The notes below the pieces were generated by a model. That model made no database searches. It was not told where the DNA came from and was given only the letters and a program-made list of their open reading frames with translations. Source: Azolla caroliniana (lineage: Eukaryota; Plantae; Polypodiophyta). Taken from it: a DNA stretch of 64,000 bases. This document shows positions 12,231-26,100 of the stretch, one piece after another. The position numbers and the translations under genes are program-made. The stretch covers positions 15,004,001 to 15,068,000 of the forward strand of contig JBHGNT010000020.1 of NCBI GenBank assembly GCA_043228905.1, in the 5' to 3' direction. Each line of letters begins with the position of its first letter. Position 1 is the stretch's first letter.

Positions 12231-15200
12231 AAAGGACAACGCAAGCTTGTCAATCACTTCATAGTCAACACACTTAAGCATTACAGGTAGTTATATGATA
12301 TGAAGCTCAACACACTCACAAACTCCTATGCCATAATATTTTAACTTCCCTATCATACATATTATATATATATAATGTCATGGATATTCCATTTCTTACA
12401 AAATGATAATAGTAAATGGGTTGTAATATAATATCTACTAAGATGGTTGTCGCTTTATATAAATCACCCCTTTCTCATGTTACGTATTGATTCATTGTAA
12501 ATTCTTATTATAAATATAAATGCATGTCTCTAGTGTGTGTGAGTTAATATCTCTCTAGGCTTAAGTCTCACACATATAACATATGACCACACACACATTT
12601 TACACATTTGTATTCCATCACATGGGAACTAGCATCTAGTTCTCCAAATCATGTGTAAGAGCTCTCCCTCTCACTTTGCAAAGCTCTAGAAGCACAACGC
12701 CAATAGCATTTGCACTCTCTAATCGCACACTTCTTAACTCCGAGCACTTATAAGTTCCTCATGCAAATGCATATAATTTGGCTTGGAGGGTTCAGACTAG
12801 TAAAATATAATTTTCCTTTCTCTCTTCTATATCTTATTTACTTTAGAAATAAAACTAGGCAACAACCATTTTTTATGAAGTGGAATCCTTGACACACATT
12901 TATATCTATTAACACTAACAGAATCTTTGAGAATTATTTTCTAAATCTAATGAAGTAAATTGTGACTTATTAATTTCATATGATTACCCCATCAAAAATA
13001 CTGTAGGGATTTAAGCAATAACTCTTTGAGTGGTGAAATACCTGATTCATTGTCAAATTTGCCGAAGCTAACATACCTGTAAGTATCTCAATGTTGAGTT
13101 TCTCTATCGAAATGTTAATTTATATTGCCTTTATCTATTTAAGGTTCTATTTACTTCTATGAATTGTAGCTTAATATATTACAACTTTTTAAACCAATTT
13201 GTAATAACTTTGCAAACAACAGAATAATGATTTACATTCTAATTAATCTACAAAAGTCTTTCTTTACTATTATGAACCACTTAATATATTACAATGTTTT
13301 AAAATGATTTTCTAGTAACTTAGCAAACAACAACTTTTCTGGAGTAATACCACCAACACTACTACAAAAACAAGGACTTGATTTCAGGTATGTTGAATTT
13401 TAAGATTTATGCAAGCCAAAGAGAATATTGTGTTATGACACATAAACATGGAAAATGCTAACTTACATTTACGCTTCTCATCTATATTATACAAAATCTA
13501 ATCGTAAACAAAAATAAGATGTCACTAGTGAATATGCATAGAGAAACATGGTGACTCCTAAGGTGACGGAACCGAAGTATTGCAACTTATTGACAATTTG
13601 GTAAACTCGCTATGTTGTCATGTGTATATAAATCCATCAGAAGTGAAATTGTAGTTGTAAGTATTTGCCACAATCAAATATTCATACAAATCATACATAT
13701 TGATATAATCAAGCAAAATGGAGAAAAAAATCAAACAAATTCCTATCCTATATACACTTTCAAGGTGAAACAAAAGTTTCTCTCAATATGCCTTGCAAGA
13801 TAAAAAGATGTAAACCATAAAGCACTAAAAGAACTTCTTTTATTCAGCCTTGTACTTATTATACTTGATTATATCGAACTATGTCTCTCTTATTTGGTCA
13901 AATGCTTGTGATACTCATCCCGATTCTAAGTCTCACTCAACACCTGAACTACAACAATGTTTATTGAACATGTGCCCATAGGTAATTTTGGTGTGTGGTG
14001 CAATATTTGGACCACCACTTTGTCCATGATCATGTGATCTAGAGCTTGCATACATTAGCATAATGCAAACCATAGGTGTGTTGCAAAAATAATGCATTAA
14101 AGCAACCCATATCACTAAAGGTTATAAGGGTCTAGTCCAAGAATGGGGGCCATAAATCATACCAACAAACCAGCTCAAAGGTTGTTTATCACCTTGCAAG
14201 TAGTTTTGGAGAATTTTGAAACTAGATTTAAAACTAGATTTAAATTTCAATGGAGTTTTGAATGACACTATTTGTCCAAAAACATTGGAAACTATACGTT
14301 AAATTAGACTACAAGGCAATAGTATTAGATTAGAATGTAATCAAATTATATTCATGATTGTATTAAAGATGGAAATGTTGGAAATTGGGATGACCCAATT
14401 TTAGTATGTCACAATTTATATAGAAGAGGACATTCATTTTGAGATGGTCATGTTTGCTCTAAACAAGACAAAGGAAAGCATTAACGTTTAGCTCGAAATT
14501 TGGGTTTTCAGATACTATGGAAATCCATATTTAAATGCACCAGTAGGGAAGAAGACGAACATTGGTTTGATTATCGGAGCCACTATTGGTGCAATACTAT
14601 TTATTATTTTGACAGCAACAATTCTCTACATTGTGGTGTGGAGAAAGATTCGAACAAAGAAGTCAAATGAAAAACAATTAGTACAACCTCCAATTATTCA
14701 TGTCCCATCTACACCTGCTTATCAAGATCCTAGTGGTATATTGCTTAATTGTCCTCAAGAGAATGTAATTCATTCATTGACAGCAATGCTTCGTTTGCGT
14801 TTTATTTTATGCTTACAATTAATCCTAAAAAAACATTTCCAAAAGAAACTAATATCATTCAATTTTATCTACAGTTAATGTTAAGAAAGAAGAACTTATT
14901 AAAGTGACTAATGTTAAGAAAGAGGAGCTTATTAAAGCGACTAATGTTGCAAAAGAATTTACATTTGAGGAGATCAAAATTGCGACCAATAACTTCTCCA
15001 AACTCCTTGGTCGAGGTGGATTCGGTTTGGTATATAAAGGATATCTTTCGGTTGGTTTAGATGTAGCCATTAAAATATTATCTGACACCTCAAACCAGGG
15101 ACCACAATAATTTCTCAATGAGGTATTTAATCTCTTTTTAATTATATGTATTTACTTTCTTGTGTGCTCTGCCTTCCTTTTGTTACATTTGTTCCTGACC

Positions 15201-15307
15201 CAAATTACATCATGCTCAGTTTCTAACTAGGTTCGAATGGAGGCAAAAAATAGTATGTTTTAGGGGATGATTATATTGAACTCCAATAATTATTCTAACT
15301 AGAAAAT

Positions 15308-16797
15308 TGTAAAAGTATACGTGCGAAAACTTATGCGTAACACAGAATACACATTCCGTTATTTGGAAGTATAACAATTTGATAAACACAGAGTAAGGGT
15401 GAGAGGGAGATAGAGGGACCAACCAACAAAACTTAGATTCAAAATAATCAACCATTTGTACATACGATTGTGCTCAGTGAGAACTTTTATACAAGCCCTG
15501 ACAACGGGCTGACAAAAGTACTATTCGTACTTTAATGCTCATGATTGAGCTTGACATTAACTCTGCCTATAGTATTCCTATTTACTAAAATAGAATATAG
15601 ACCCCTAATGGCCTATCGAATTCCATTTGACTCGGCCAACTGATTCAGCCCAGCACCTGATTGGGCTTTCGTCTTATTCAACTCATTAGGGCCTAGCCAA
15701 TCGATCGTCGTCCGATCTGGCTCTCGGCTTCTTCAACCGATTCACCCCATGTTGAGCTTGTCACTCAACACGCCCATCAAGCTCAACTTGAAGTTTGTTC
15801 CTCGTGTTAGCATCTGCCAACTCTTGCACTTGGCATTTCCTGGTGTCTTAACGCCTTGCACACGCTCCTCGTCCAGTCCAATATCGTATCCCATGACCCC
15901 TCTGGTCCAATGCTCCTCGACCCATCCGGTTTTGCGCTCCTTAACTTGCATAGTCGGCTCGTCTGCTCTTTAGGCCCTTTGACGCTCCCTTGCTATCGCG
16001 GCATTGGAGCCCCTCAACCCATCAGTTCCTCCTTGTCGGCGTTAGTTTCGACTGCCTCCTTGTCTCGGCTTGTCTGAATCATCCCTTTCGATCTAATCAA
16101 CCTTTTCTCTGATTTGTTCATGCTCTTGTCCAAATTGGTTGTCTCCAATTCGTCTCCTTCAGGCCCTTGACCACATCCGACCATGTCCTGGTCCTGGCCT
16201 TTATCTTCAAGTCGGCTCTACCCCTCTTGGCTCTACCACCTACCTTTCCTTTCTCAGCTCTGTCTCCCTCTCGTTCGGAAGGCTTTGACTTCTGCTCTCC
16301 CTTTTAGCTGCCCTTCATGCATCTGGCTAGTCTATACTTAGTCCATGTCCTTCCACTTGTCTTCTTGTTCGTCGCGTCCTTCGCTTCATCAGTCGATCTA
16401 GACGTTCGGACTCCTTCAATCATCTTGAAATGAATTCCACATCAGATTCATCTTTTCGGACTACTTCATCTCTCTCCCTCTCCCTCTCCCTTCTCCCCCT
16501 CAAGTTCGGCATGTCGAGGTGCTGTATACCAAGCATTCTCGAGATTTGAGGTGCTATATACCAAGCGAGTTGTTTGTTGAAGATGTTGGCCACCTGCCGA
16601 TTAGTCGAAACATATCGCAGTTCCACTTCACTTGAGAGAACTCGCTCACAGAAAAAATGATAATGCAAGTCAATGTGCTTGGTCCGGGCATGGAAAATAG
16701 GGTTCTTCGCGAGTTGGATTCTCCTAAGGTTATAGTAGTACATCATTGCCGGTTTAGACACCTCCACATTCAGATCCTTCAAGCGTCTCATAAGCCA
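15308..16797 (-). mobile_element. 3' fragment of a Copia element (RNase H end, 3' extension, 3' LTR) in intron of copy B
   Basis: ORF 16420-16791(-) has NPIFHARTKHIDLHYHF..ERV...QVANIFNK (RNase H). LTR ~15308 (tgtaaaagtatacgtgcg) to 15770 (tcactcaaca) is homologous to LTR 57843-58220. Confidence 0.8.
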
Positions 16798-16799
16798 AC

Positions 16800-17165
16800 A
16801 AGAGGAATGGCGTGGGTACCACTCTAGTTGTTGAACTCCAATCCACCAGCCCTTGGACTTATGCCAATTTATCTTGGTCCCTTAAACTCTCCAAAAGCTG
16901 TTAATTAGATTTTCACATCTGCAAAGGTTTTCTTGGATCCCATTAACAAACCACATCGTATCATTGGCAAAGGCTGATATAATCAACTCTTTATCATGCC
17001 TTAGAATCTACATGCCATTACTCTAGGGCTCAACAGCTTGTAAACTTGTTGAAAGAGATTTCGTGTATAAAATGAACAAGTACGGGCAAGTAGGCATCCT
17101 TGCCTTAATGAACGAGTTATTTCAAAACTTAGTCCCATATTTCCTACAATTAGTACATAGCTCCT
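16800..17165 (-). mobile_element. LINE (L1-type) reverse transcriptase fragment
   Basis: Minus strand FEITRSLRQGCLLA (RGxRQGCPL motif) and SAFANDT (FADD motif) at ~16957-16977. Confidence 0.65.
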
Positions 17166-19527
17166 TGAAGATTTAGTGTTATCTCTTATTGGATTGTACT
17201 TCATTCTTGTCACCATGACTAACATTATACAAATGTGTAGCTACACTAGCTTTATTTCACATTATCACATTATTTATAATCATGACCTACATTGGATATA
17301 TGTCTACAGAATTTACTTTATGATCAACATTGCATACAGGTGTACATACATTTACTTTATTGAACACATTATTTACCATCATGAATAACATTGAATATAT
17401 GTCCACTAAATTAACTTTATTTTTCAAAATATTATCAAGAAATAGATTAAAAAACTAAACACTCACTATTCAAAACTTTAGTAGATTCTATTGTTTGAAA
17501 TGTTTCTTTATTTTTAAATTTTAGGTTACTCTTTTGTCTCGTGTTCACCACAAGAACCTTGTCGGATTCGTGGGATATTCCATCGAGAAGTCACTCATAT
17601 TGGTTTATGAATTTATGTCAAATGGTTCCTTATATGATAATTTATAAGTTATTTGTATTTCTATACATTTGTCGTATGGTTTAGTCTAAAACCCTTTAAT
17701 TTGAAAATTATGTTGAGATTTAATCTACTACCCTCACAATGTACCTAGGCATAATAAGTGCACATATTGAATTGATAAAAATTCAGTTGCTTAATTCAAT
17801 AATATTAGGATGTTTTAGAATTTTAACGATTTATAATAAAAGAAATGTTCATAACGTTATAAGAATATCTAAAATTCACTTGATTGTATGTATGCACATA
17901 TAACAAGGAATAATAGTACGATATGTGGCTTAATCGCTTAATATCTTAATTAAGCCTCCATCTACATTTGTCATTTGCTTCTTTAACGGTTAAAAGGAAG
18001 AAAAACATCAACGAAATTTTCATGGAATCAAAGATTACAAATTTTATTTGATGCTGCACAAGGTAATAAATTTTTAAATATTATATTAGTTTTACACTGA
18101 ATATGTTTCCAAATTATTGCACTGAAATATTTTTTCGAATGTAGGACTTTCATATCTACACCATGGATGTAACATCATTCATAGAGATGTGAAAAGTAGC
18201 AATATTTTATTATCTCAAAATCTAGAAGGGAAGATGTCCGATTTTGGAATATCAAGGATCACCCACAATGATAGAAATCCTACAGCAGCAAGTGTGGTTG
18301 GTAGTACGGGATACCTAGATCCAACGTAAGTTTCTGTGTTCTTAAATCTTATAATATCCATACTGGATATTTAGACATCATTCATGAGCCCATTTAGATG
18401 AAATTTCCTTATACCATTTAAGATGCCAGCAATATCCTACTTCCATAGCATCAAGGTTTGTTTTGCTAAATTTTATATTTTATACTATTTATTTCCTTAG
18501 GTATGCATACACATCAATATTGACCGAAAAGGTTGATATATATAGCTTTGGTGTGGTTCTTCTAGAAGCTATATGTGGACTACCTCCCATTATAAAAGAT
18601 AAAACCCAAAATATTGACATCCACATTGTTCAATGGGTATGATAGCTAAAACTCAAGTAATTATGCTATAATTACATATATAAATTGTGTAAATTATATG
18701 TTAAAATGTTCTTTTGCATAGGTAAAACCCTCTTATGAAAATGGAACGATTGAAGAAGTTGTTGATGAACGACTTGATAATGAATATAACGTGTCGTCAA
18801 TATGGAAAGTAGTAGAGATCGCAATGGCTTGTGTCCAGATTGAAGCAGGGAAAAGACCTACAATGGTTGATATTTGTAATGACTTGACTGAAGCTATAAG
18901 AATGGGAGAGAATTATGAATTCTCATCTAACGTCACTGGAGAAACTCTATCATATTCAAATGTGCAACCTCGATGAGGATTATGCACAAAAGTAGTAAAT
19001 TTGCTATATATACATGCATATAATCAATCAACACATAAAAATTGTCTTTTTAGTATTACTTCTCACTAGTAATGTTGTTTTGCACTTCAACTAATAAAAC
19101 TATCTATGATTGAGAGCAAATTTCTAGTGTTTTATCTGATATAAAAACATGTGATCAACATTATATAATACATGCTTCGATTGATTGTATTAAATTAAGT
19201 AAGATCATAAATATACAAGAATTAATTTTGACTTATGTGATATGTATATAGATTGTATCGATATCATTGTTTCAAATTATGTTATAGTATTTGATGTCTT
19301 CTTGAGAGTACATATACATGCATCAACAATATAATATCCACCAGTTAACGAATCTTCTACTTAAATGGATGGGTTTTCAAGTTAAAATTCACGATGAAAA
19401 AATGAGGAGTTTTTGTTAATAATGCTCAAGATGAGGATGATGATTTTGAAGATGGTGATATCAACTTGAATGAAATGCTAAATTGTCAATAATATGCACA
19501 ATAGATTTATGGAAACTTTATCTAGGT

Positions 19528-22500
19528 TGTTAATAATTAGGTAATTAACTAGGGTTAATTAGTGTCTAATTATGTGAGTAGTTAATAAGCAGAAGATTAT
19601 GTGATATGTGTGCATATGTGTGTGAGACTAATAGAGAGAGAAGTTACACTTATGAACAATAATGTAAACGGGGGATGATTAACAAGAGTGTAGCTAAAGA
19701 CCTTACCTCTATATATTAATTAGCATCATCAAATACACAAATACCCACAATGAGGTATATATACATCTCATGTGCAAAGTTGCACTTGTGTGAGTAGAAT
19801 ATAGGTCTAACCTATTCCGCTGCAGAGAATCATACCACGATTCTTACATGGTATCTGAGCGTTTTGGTAGCTCGATCTAACTCATCCACATGTCTTGTTT
19901 CTATGCCGACGTTCAAGAAGAACCGGCTATTCGCTATTGTAGTGCGACTACTTAGCTTGTGTTCGAGAAAGAAGGAAAAGAAGGAAGAAATCTTCATTGA
20001 CATAATGAATACTCAAATCGCGAGCACTCTCCCTAGCGAGAAGTTCGACCAAAACAACGTTGCATCTTGGGAGTACAAGATGCACCAATACCTTTTCGGT
20101 CAAGGTTATTGGAGCTGCATCAAAGGAGCACAAGAAAATCAACCCGACCCAAAGGACATCGACTACTGAACATGGGAGCAAGTGGCGAATCGAGTAATGT
20201 ATTGCTTGGTGACATGTTTTCATGACCACATGCTCGGCTACATTCAAGAAGCCGAGACCCTGACGGAAGCATGGGAGAATCTTAGGAATATTTTCACGGC
20301 CAACACAACCACAAGAAAGCTTCAACTCCACCAAGAGTTGAATAATATCCAACAAAGAGATATGTCCATCACAAGCTACACCTTGAAGATCAAGGAGCTT
20401 TGTGACTCACTCGGCTCAAATATGCATCAATGTGGATGATGATGAGATGGTGCAAATATCCCTCGACGGCCTTGCACCGCGATTCGGCACATCAGCAATG
20501 TTCCATTCAGAAAAGAAGGTAACCAAACTTACATTAAGAATGTCTTGCATGTACTAACCATTACAAAGAATTTGGTCTTCGTCGGCGAAATTGTTGAGAA
20601 AGGGATGCAAGTTCGATTTAATCAAGGTGGTTGCTTCATCGCGAAAGAGGGTCGACTCATCGCTGGCAGACGAAGAGAGGGCGGAATGTTCATTCTCGAC
20701 TCGCATGAGATGAAATCAGCCATGTTTGCAAAAGGCACCAAAGCCGACACGAACATAGAGTTATGGCACAAGCGGATTGGCCACATCAACCTCCAAAAAC
20801 TCAACGCAATGCAATCAAAAGGATTCTTCATCGGGCTCCCAATCTTTAAAGAGAAGGAGATTGAAGGCGTATGTGTAGCCTACCAATTCAGCAAGCAACA
20901 CCGACACACGTTCCTGAATGAGAGGAACGTAAGCAAAGGTGTACTCGATGTAATTCATTCCGATGTATAAGGACCATGGTTGTTTACGTACCCGTATTTA
21001 ACGTTTAAATACGTATAGTACCTCATCATTTGTATAGTACGTACTATACCTCAATGTTGTTCAGTCAAATATCATGTACACATTTGTCCAATACAATATT
21101 TAACGTATTTATAAAAAAATGGTATAATACGTATTTATAAAGAAAATGTAAGTAAAACCCTAACAAAAAGCAAAAGAAAAAAAAGATTTTAGTGAAAAAG
21201 AAGCCAAAGGAAGGAAGAAAGAAGAATAGAAGAGACGACGATGAAGACGATGAAGAATAGAGAAAAGAAGACATAAACTTGTCTTGAGTGTGATAATCGC
21301 AGAAGATAGAAGAAGAAGAAGAAGAAGAAGAAAACGAAGAAAAGAGAAACCTATCATGAGTGTGATAATCGTAGACGATTCCTCAATCTATGAAGGCATA
21401 TTGTAAATAATTACAATTTGAAGTACAACCTCGAGATCCACACTTACATTGATTTATAGAATAAGGGAATCTCGACATCCATATTACTACAAGTATTTTA
21501 GGATGTGAAATGTTCAAATGTCTATGCATTTTAGGATGTAGAACTATATTGTACATCACAACATTGTGTAAACATAGATGTTTTTTACAATATTATAGAT
21601 ATTTTTTAGAAAGGTAAATAATTTTCAAAATCTAGAAGTATTTAACGTACTATACGTAAAATACGTATTTTATAACTATTTAACATATTAAGAAAACGTA
21701 TTTAACGTATTTTTAAATTGGGAGGTACTATACGGGTATTAATACATTAAATATGTATGGTATCCGTACCGTACCTAACGTACCTAACAACCTTGATGGG
21801 GACCAATTCAAATGGCTACATTCCGCGGATGTCGATACTACGTGGCCTTTATCGATGACTTCTCCTGGCACACCTGGGTCTACCCCATGCGGCAAAAGAC
21901 CGAAGTGTTCAGACACTTCCAAAAAATCAAGAGTGGAGTTGAAAAGGAAACAAGTCGATATGTACGATGTCTTCGATCGTATAGAGAAAAAGAGTAATTC
22001 TTCGACGATTTTTCGGCCTTTCTTCAGAAAGAAGGAATTTGGCGAGAGTTTTTGTGTCAACATACACCACAACAGAACGGAGTTCCCGAACGAAAGAATT
22101 GGCACATCCTTGAAGTAGCGCAAGCCATGCTTAACGAGAAGCACATGTTGAAGTCGTATTGGGCAGAAGATGCCAACACATCTGTCTACCTAATGAATCA
22201 GTGTACAACATCCGGCGTGCATGAGGTTACCCCGCATGAGAAGTTTTTCGGAAAGAAGCCGGATCTATCACACGTTCCGAAATTCGGCTCCATTGCATAC
22301 GCACACATCCCCAACGAGAAGTGAAAAAAGCTCGACCCGAAGTCGGAGAAATCTATCCTCTTTGAATACTCACTGTAGCAAAAGGGGTACAAGTGCTTGA
22401 ACCCCTCTACTCAGACGGTTCGTGTAAGTTAGGATGTCATCTTTGACGAATAGGCATCATGGTATGCACCAGAGCCGACTCCTCTCGAATCATTTCCAAT

Positions 22501-23110
22501 CGACCCGAACTTGGCCAACCAAGAGATAGAAGATAAAGATCGACTAAGGCATATGTTCGAAGAAAGTCCAATCATGACCAGGCTCAGTGGGCCACAAAAG
22601 CCCCCGAGCAACCAGAGCACATCTCAGTCAAGTCCGACGATGGACAAAGGCAAGGCCAAAATGCCAGAATATGAAGATGATCAATTTGACGGCAACATAT
22701 CGACTCACTCACTCGATAGTGAATTCGGTGGCTTTGATGTGCCTCTTATGAGGTCTCCCGGAGTTAAGAAAGCACTTACATCGGCAAATGAGAAACTTTG
22801 TCGCTCTACCCGAAGGAAGAATCCGGTTTCCGATTCGGCTATAACGATTATATGGCATACCACTATGCCTTTATGATAAAGGTGGTGACAGTTCGAGAAC
22901 CGTAAAGTTTTTAGGAAGCTGTCAACAATCCACGATGGGTTTAAGCAATGAACGAGGAAATGCAAGCACTATGCAAGAACAAGACATGGGATCTCATTCC
23001 CCACTCATCGCACAAGAAAGCAATCGGCGGCAGATGGAATTACAAGGCGAAATATAATGTTGATGGCTCCACAACCACTACGAAGCTCGACTCGTAGTGA
23101 AAGGATAAGC
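19528..23110 (+). mobile_element. 3'-truncated Ty1/Copia element (5' LTR, PBS, gag, integrase, start of RT)
   Basis: Putative LTR 19528(tgtt)-19848(ca), start uncertain. tRNA-iMet-type PBS tggtatctgagc 19849-19860. gag MNTQIASTLPSEKFDQNNVASWEYKM; GAG-pre-integrase ELWHKRIGHIN; IHSDV..RYYVAFIDD; TPQQNGVPERKN; RT start ending at ARLVxKG ~23105. Many stops. Confidence 0.85.
20975..21795. mobile_element. Non-autonomous hAT-type TIR element (821 bp) nested in the Copia integrase
   Basis: TIRs catggttgtt / aacaaccttg. 8-bp TSD ataaggac (20967-20974) / atggggac (21796-21803); removing the element restores HSDVWGP. Subterminal cgtac/acgtat motifs at both ends and a central GAA-rich tract. No ORF of note. 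Confidence 0.8.
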
Positions 23111-26100
23111 CAACTACACGAACCTGCCACTACGATCCAATGGTGGCCAGACACCATGATTTGGTTGGAAATCGGAAATTGGTCGGCCACTGCTAGGGTG
23201 AGCCTGCCGGAGTCCATGGCCGACCAGACCCAATATGCCACTCTGCGCTATTTCCCCACTCAACAACACAAGGCCCGCCATAGCCGACTACTACTTGATC
23301 CGTGCCTCCTTTTGGATGGGCCCGAAGGAATTGTACCCTACTAGAATCAGATGGCAGATCCGGTTTCGTGTGATTGTGGACACTTATGAAGGGATAGAGG
23401 TCATCATTAACTTTCCTCAGAGAAATCCATGGTTCGAAGAGATGTTCATCCCTGCACGCAGTGGAAGGTCATCAGTGTCGGTATGCCTCTCGGCGGCATC
23501 CGACAGCAGTGACATGCCATTCATAAACTCTCTGGAGCTGCGTCCTCTGCCGTCCACGATGAAGCCGGTGGCGATGATCAAGAACACCAACTATGCGCTG
23601 CGCACTGTCTGGTGAGAGGACACTGGTGCCTATACCGAAGTTCCACCGATCCTAAGGTCAGACTTAATTATCGATGAAATGATACACACGTTTAAGCAGC
23701 TGGGAAGATTAATTTATGCTTCCATCCTATGTCTTGAGCTCTCCAGGTATTCGAAGGACACCATCGATAGGTTCTGGTGGAAACTCAATAATTCTGTCTT
23801 ATATGTATACCAGACGATTCAATCGGTGGCTATGGAGGATTCTTATGATTTTCCTCCAGAGGCAGCGATACAAAGCAATTTCATCAACCGCAATATCGTC
23901 GTCAATCCAAATGCTCGAGCATCATCCAATGTGTTGACGGTTAAAACACTCCGTGGAAGCCACTACTATTTCATGGTGTTATGGTTTGTTGAGTTCAGTG
24001 CAAATGTTAACGCCTCTGGACAGAGAGTGTTCGATGTCGCCATCAATGGGGAGGTCTTTGAGAAAGCTATCGACATATACGATCGGGTCGGCCCCTACAC
24101 AGCTCTAGAGGTCTACAGTTTGACAGATAGGCCATTGGGGCCTTATGTAGACCAATTTGTAATTGAGGTTCATAATTCATCCACCTCTAATTACTATCCT
24201 AGCTTGGCTGCAGTTGAGATCTTGTAGCTGTTCGACAACCCCATGAACACCACCACCTCCTCGGCTGATGGTCCGTCGCCCTAATCCAATTAATTTTCCG
24301 CTCCGTAAACTAAGTGCCACTCATCGATAACTCCTTCATTGTGCATATAATTTGATTGCAGTTCTGGCTATACAAGATTTGGTTACAAGCAGCCTGCCAG
24401 CATTACAAAGATTTATGGGGGACCCATGCTTACCGCTTCGATACAAGTACTCATGGATCGATTGTGATCATTCAAACCAAAATCTACCGGCTAGAGTAAC
24501 ATCTATGTGCGTGTGTGATCCATTATAAACATCTATGTGCAAATCCACATGTCGATCACAAGCCCTCATCATTGATTGTGATAAATGATGTGCGTATTAA
24601 CTTGATTCGATGTGCTTTGTTTGATATAATTCATGCAGCTCCTTATCTAACTATAGTCTAGTAGGGACTCTTGCGAGCAGCATCAACAACTTGGATCAAC
24701 TTGTCACACTGTAAGACCACTTTTATTTCTGATAATTACAGTGTTAATTGATAGTAGAAACATGATCACTTCACTGACTGCTATGGAGGTGAAATTATAC
24801 ATTGGAAACATATATATTATTGATTCTGGTGTGCACAGCGTGTTGAGTGACAATGCCTTGCAAGGGCCTTTGCCGAGCTTCAATAATTTGGTGAATCTTC
24901 AAACCTTGTAAGTTATTTGTGTTCTCTCTGCTGAAGTACTAGATAGAATTAAGTAAAAGCATTTCACTATCTCATGAATATATATATAGTATGTTGTTGG
25001 GAAAGGGTGCCCAAATACCAATTGACAACCATAATACACATTAACGCAAATAGATGGGCATGATGGTTCTAAGAGATACAAATCTATGGCAAATCCAAGA
25101 AATTTAGCTCATTAGGAAGCAGTAAATTGAATTTTGAGATATCTACGAGGCACCATAGAGAAGTCTCACACATATAACAAACATACAAACGCACCAACAT
25201 TTCTATTCCATTACATGAGAACTAACATTTTTACTTCTCCAAATCATCACACTTCACTTTGTGTAGTCACTCACTTCTCCAAGCCCTTATATAAGTTCCT
25301 CAAGAAATCTTGTGTATTTTGTGTATAATTGGGCTTGGATGGTTCACAATACGAAAATCTAATTTGACTTTTGCTCTTGTGTATCTTATTTCAGAAAAAA
25401 CTAAGCAGCAGCAATTTTCAATAACTGGAATTATTAACACATTTATATCGATTAACACTAATAGAGACTACGAGATTTATTTTGTAACTTTAAAAAAGAA
25501 AATGGTGACTTATTAATTCCATGTGATGCCCCATCAAATACATTGCAGGGATTTAAGCAATAACAGATTTATTCTGTAACTTTAACAAAGAAAATGGTGA
25601 CTTATTAATTCCATGTGATGCCCCATCAAATACATTGTAGGGATTTAAGCAATAACAGTTTCAGTGGTGAAATACCTGATGCATTGTCAAATTTGCCGAA
25701 ACTAACATACCTGTAAGTATCTCTATCTTGAGTTTTCTCTATCCAAATATCAATATATATTGCATTTATCTGCCTAAAGTTTTATTTACTTTTATGATCA
25801 ACTTAGTATATTACAATGTTTTAAAGCGACTTCTAATAACTTGGTAAACAAAAAATATCAATTTACACTTTAATATACCAATGTTTTTGTTTACGATCAC
25901 GAACGGCGTAATATATTACAATGTTTTATAATGACTTCCCAGTAACCTAGAAAACAACAACTTTTACGGAACGATACCAACAACACTACTGCAAAAAAAA
26001 GGTCTTCATTTCAGGTATATTACTATTAAGATCTTTGTGAGTCAAAGAGAATATTATGTCATTATAAAAATGTTAACTCACATTTATCCTTCTCATCTAC

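Larger units (their letters stand above)
9383..18976 (+). pseudogene. Malectin-like/LRR receptor kinase copy B, pseudogene
   Basis: Exons 9383-9906, 9995-10139, 10277-10348, 13007-13078, 13316-13387, 14512-14735, 14875-15122, 17525-~17640, 17997-18062, 18145-18325, 18501-18636, 18722-18976. It lacks the signal-peptide exon, the first malectin exon and one LRR exon. GAA->TAA stop at 15108-15110; splice donor deleted near 17638. Confidence 0.9.

Noticed and set aside
21065-21357. Ser/Leu/Phe-rich minus-strand ORFs
   Set aside because: Translations of a GAA-rich tract within the non-autonomous TIR element.
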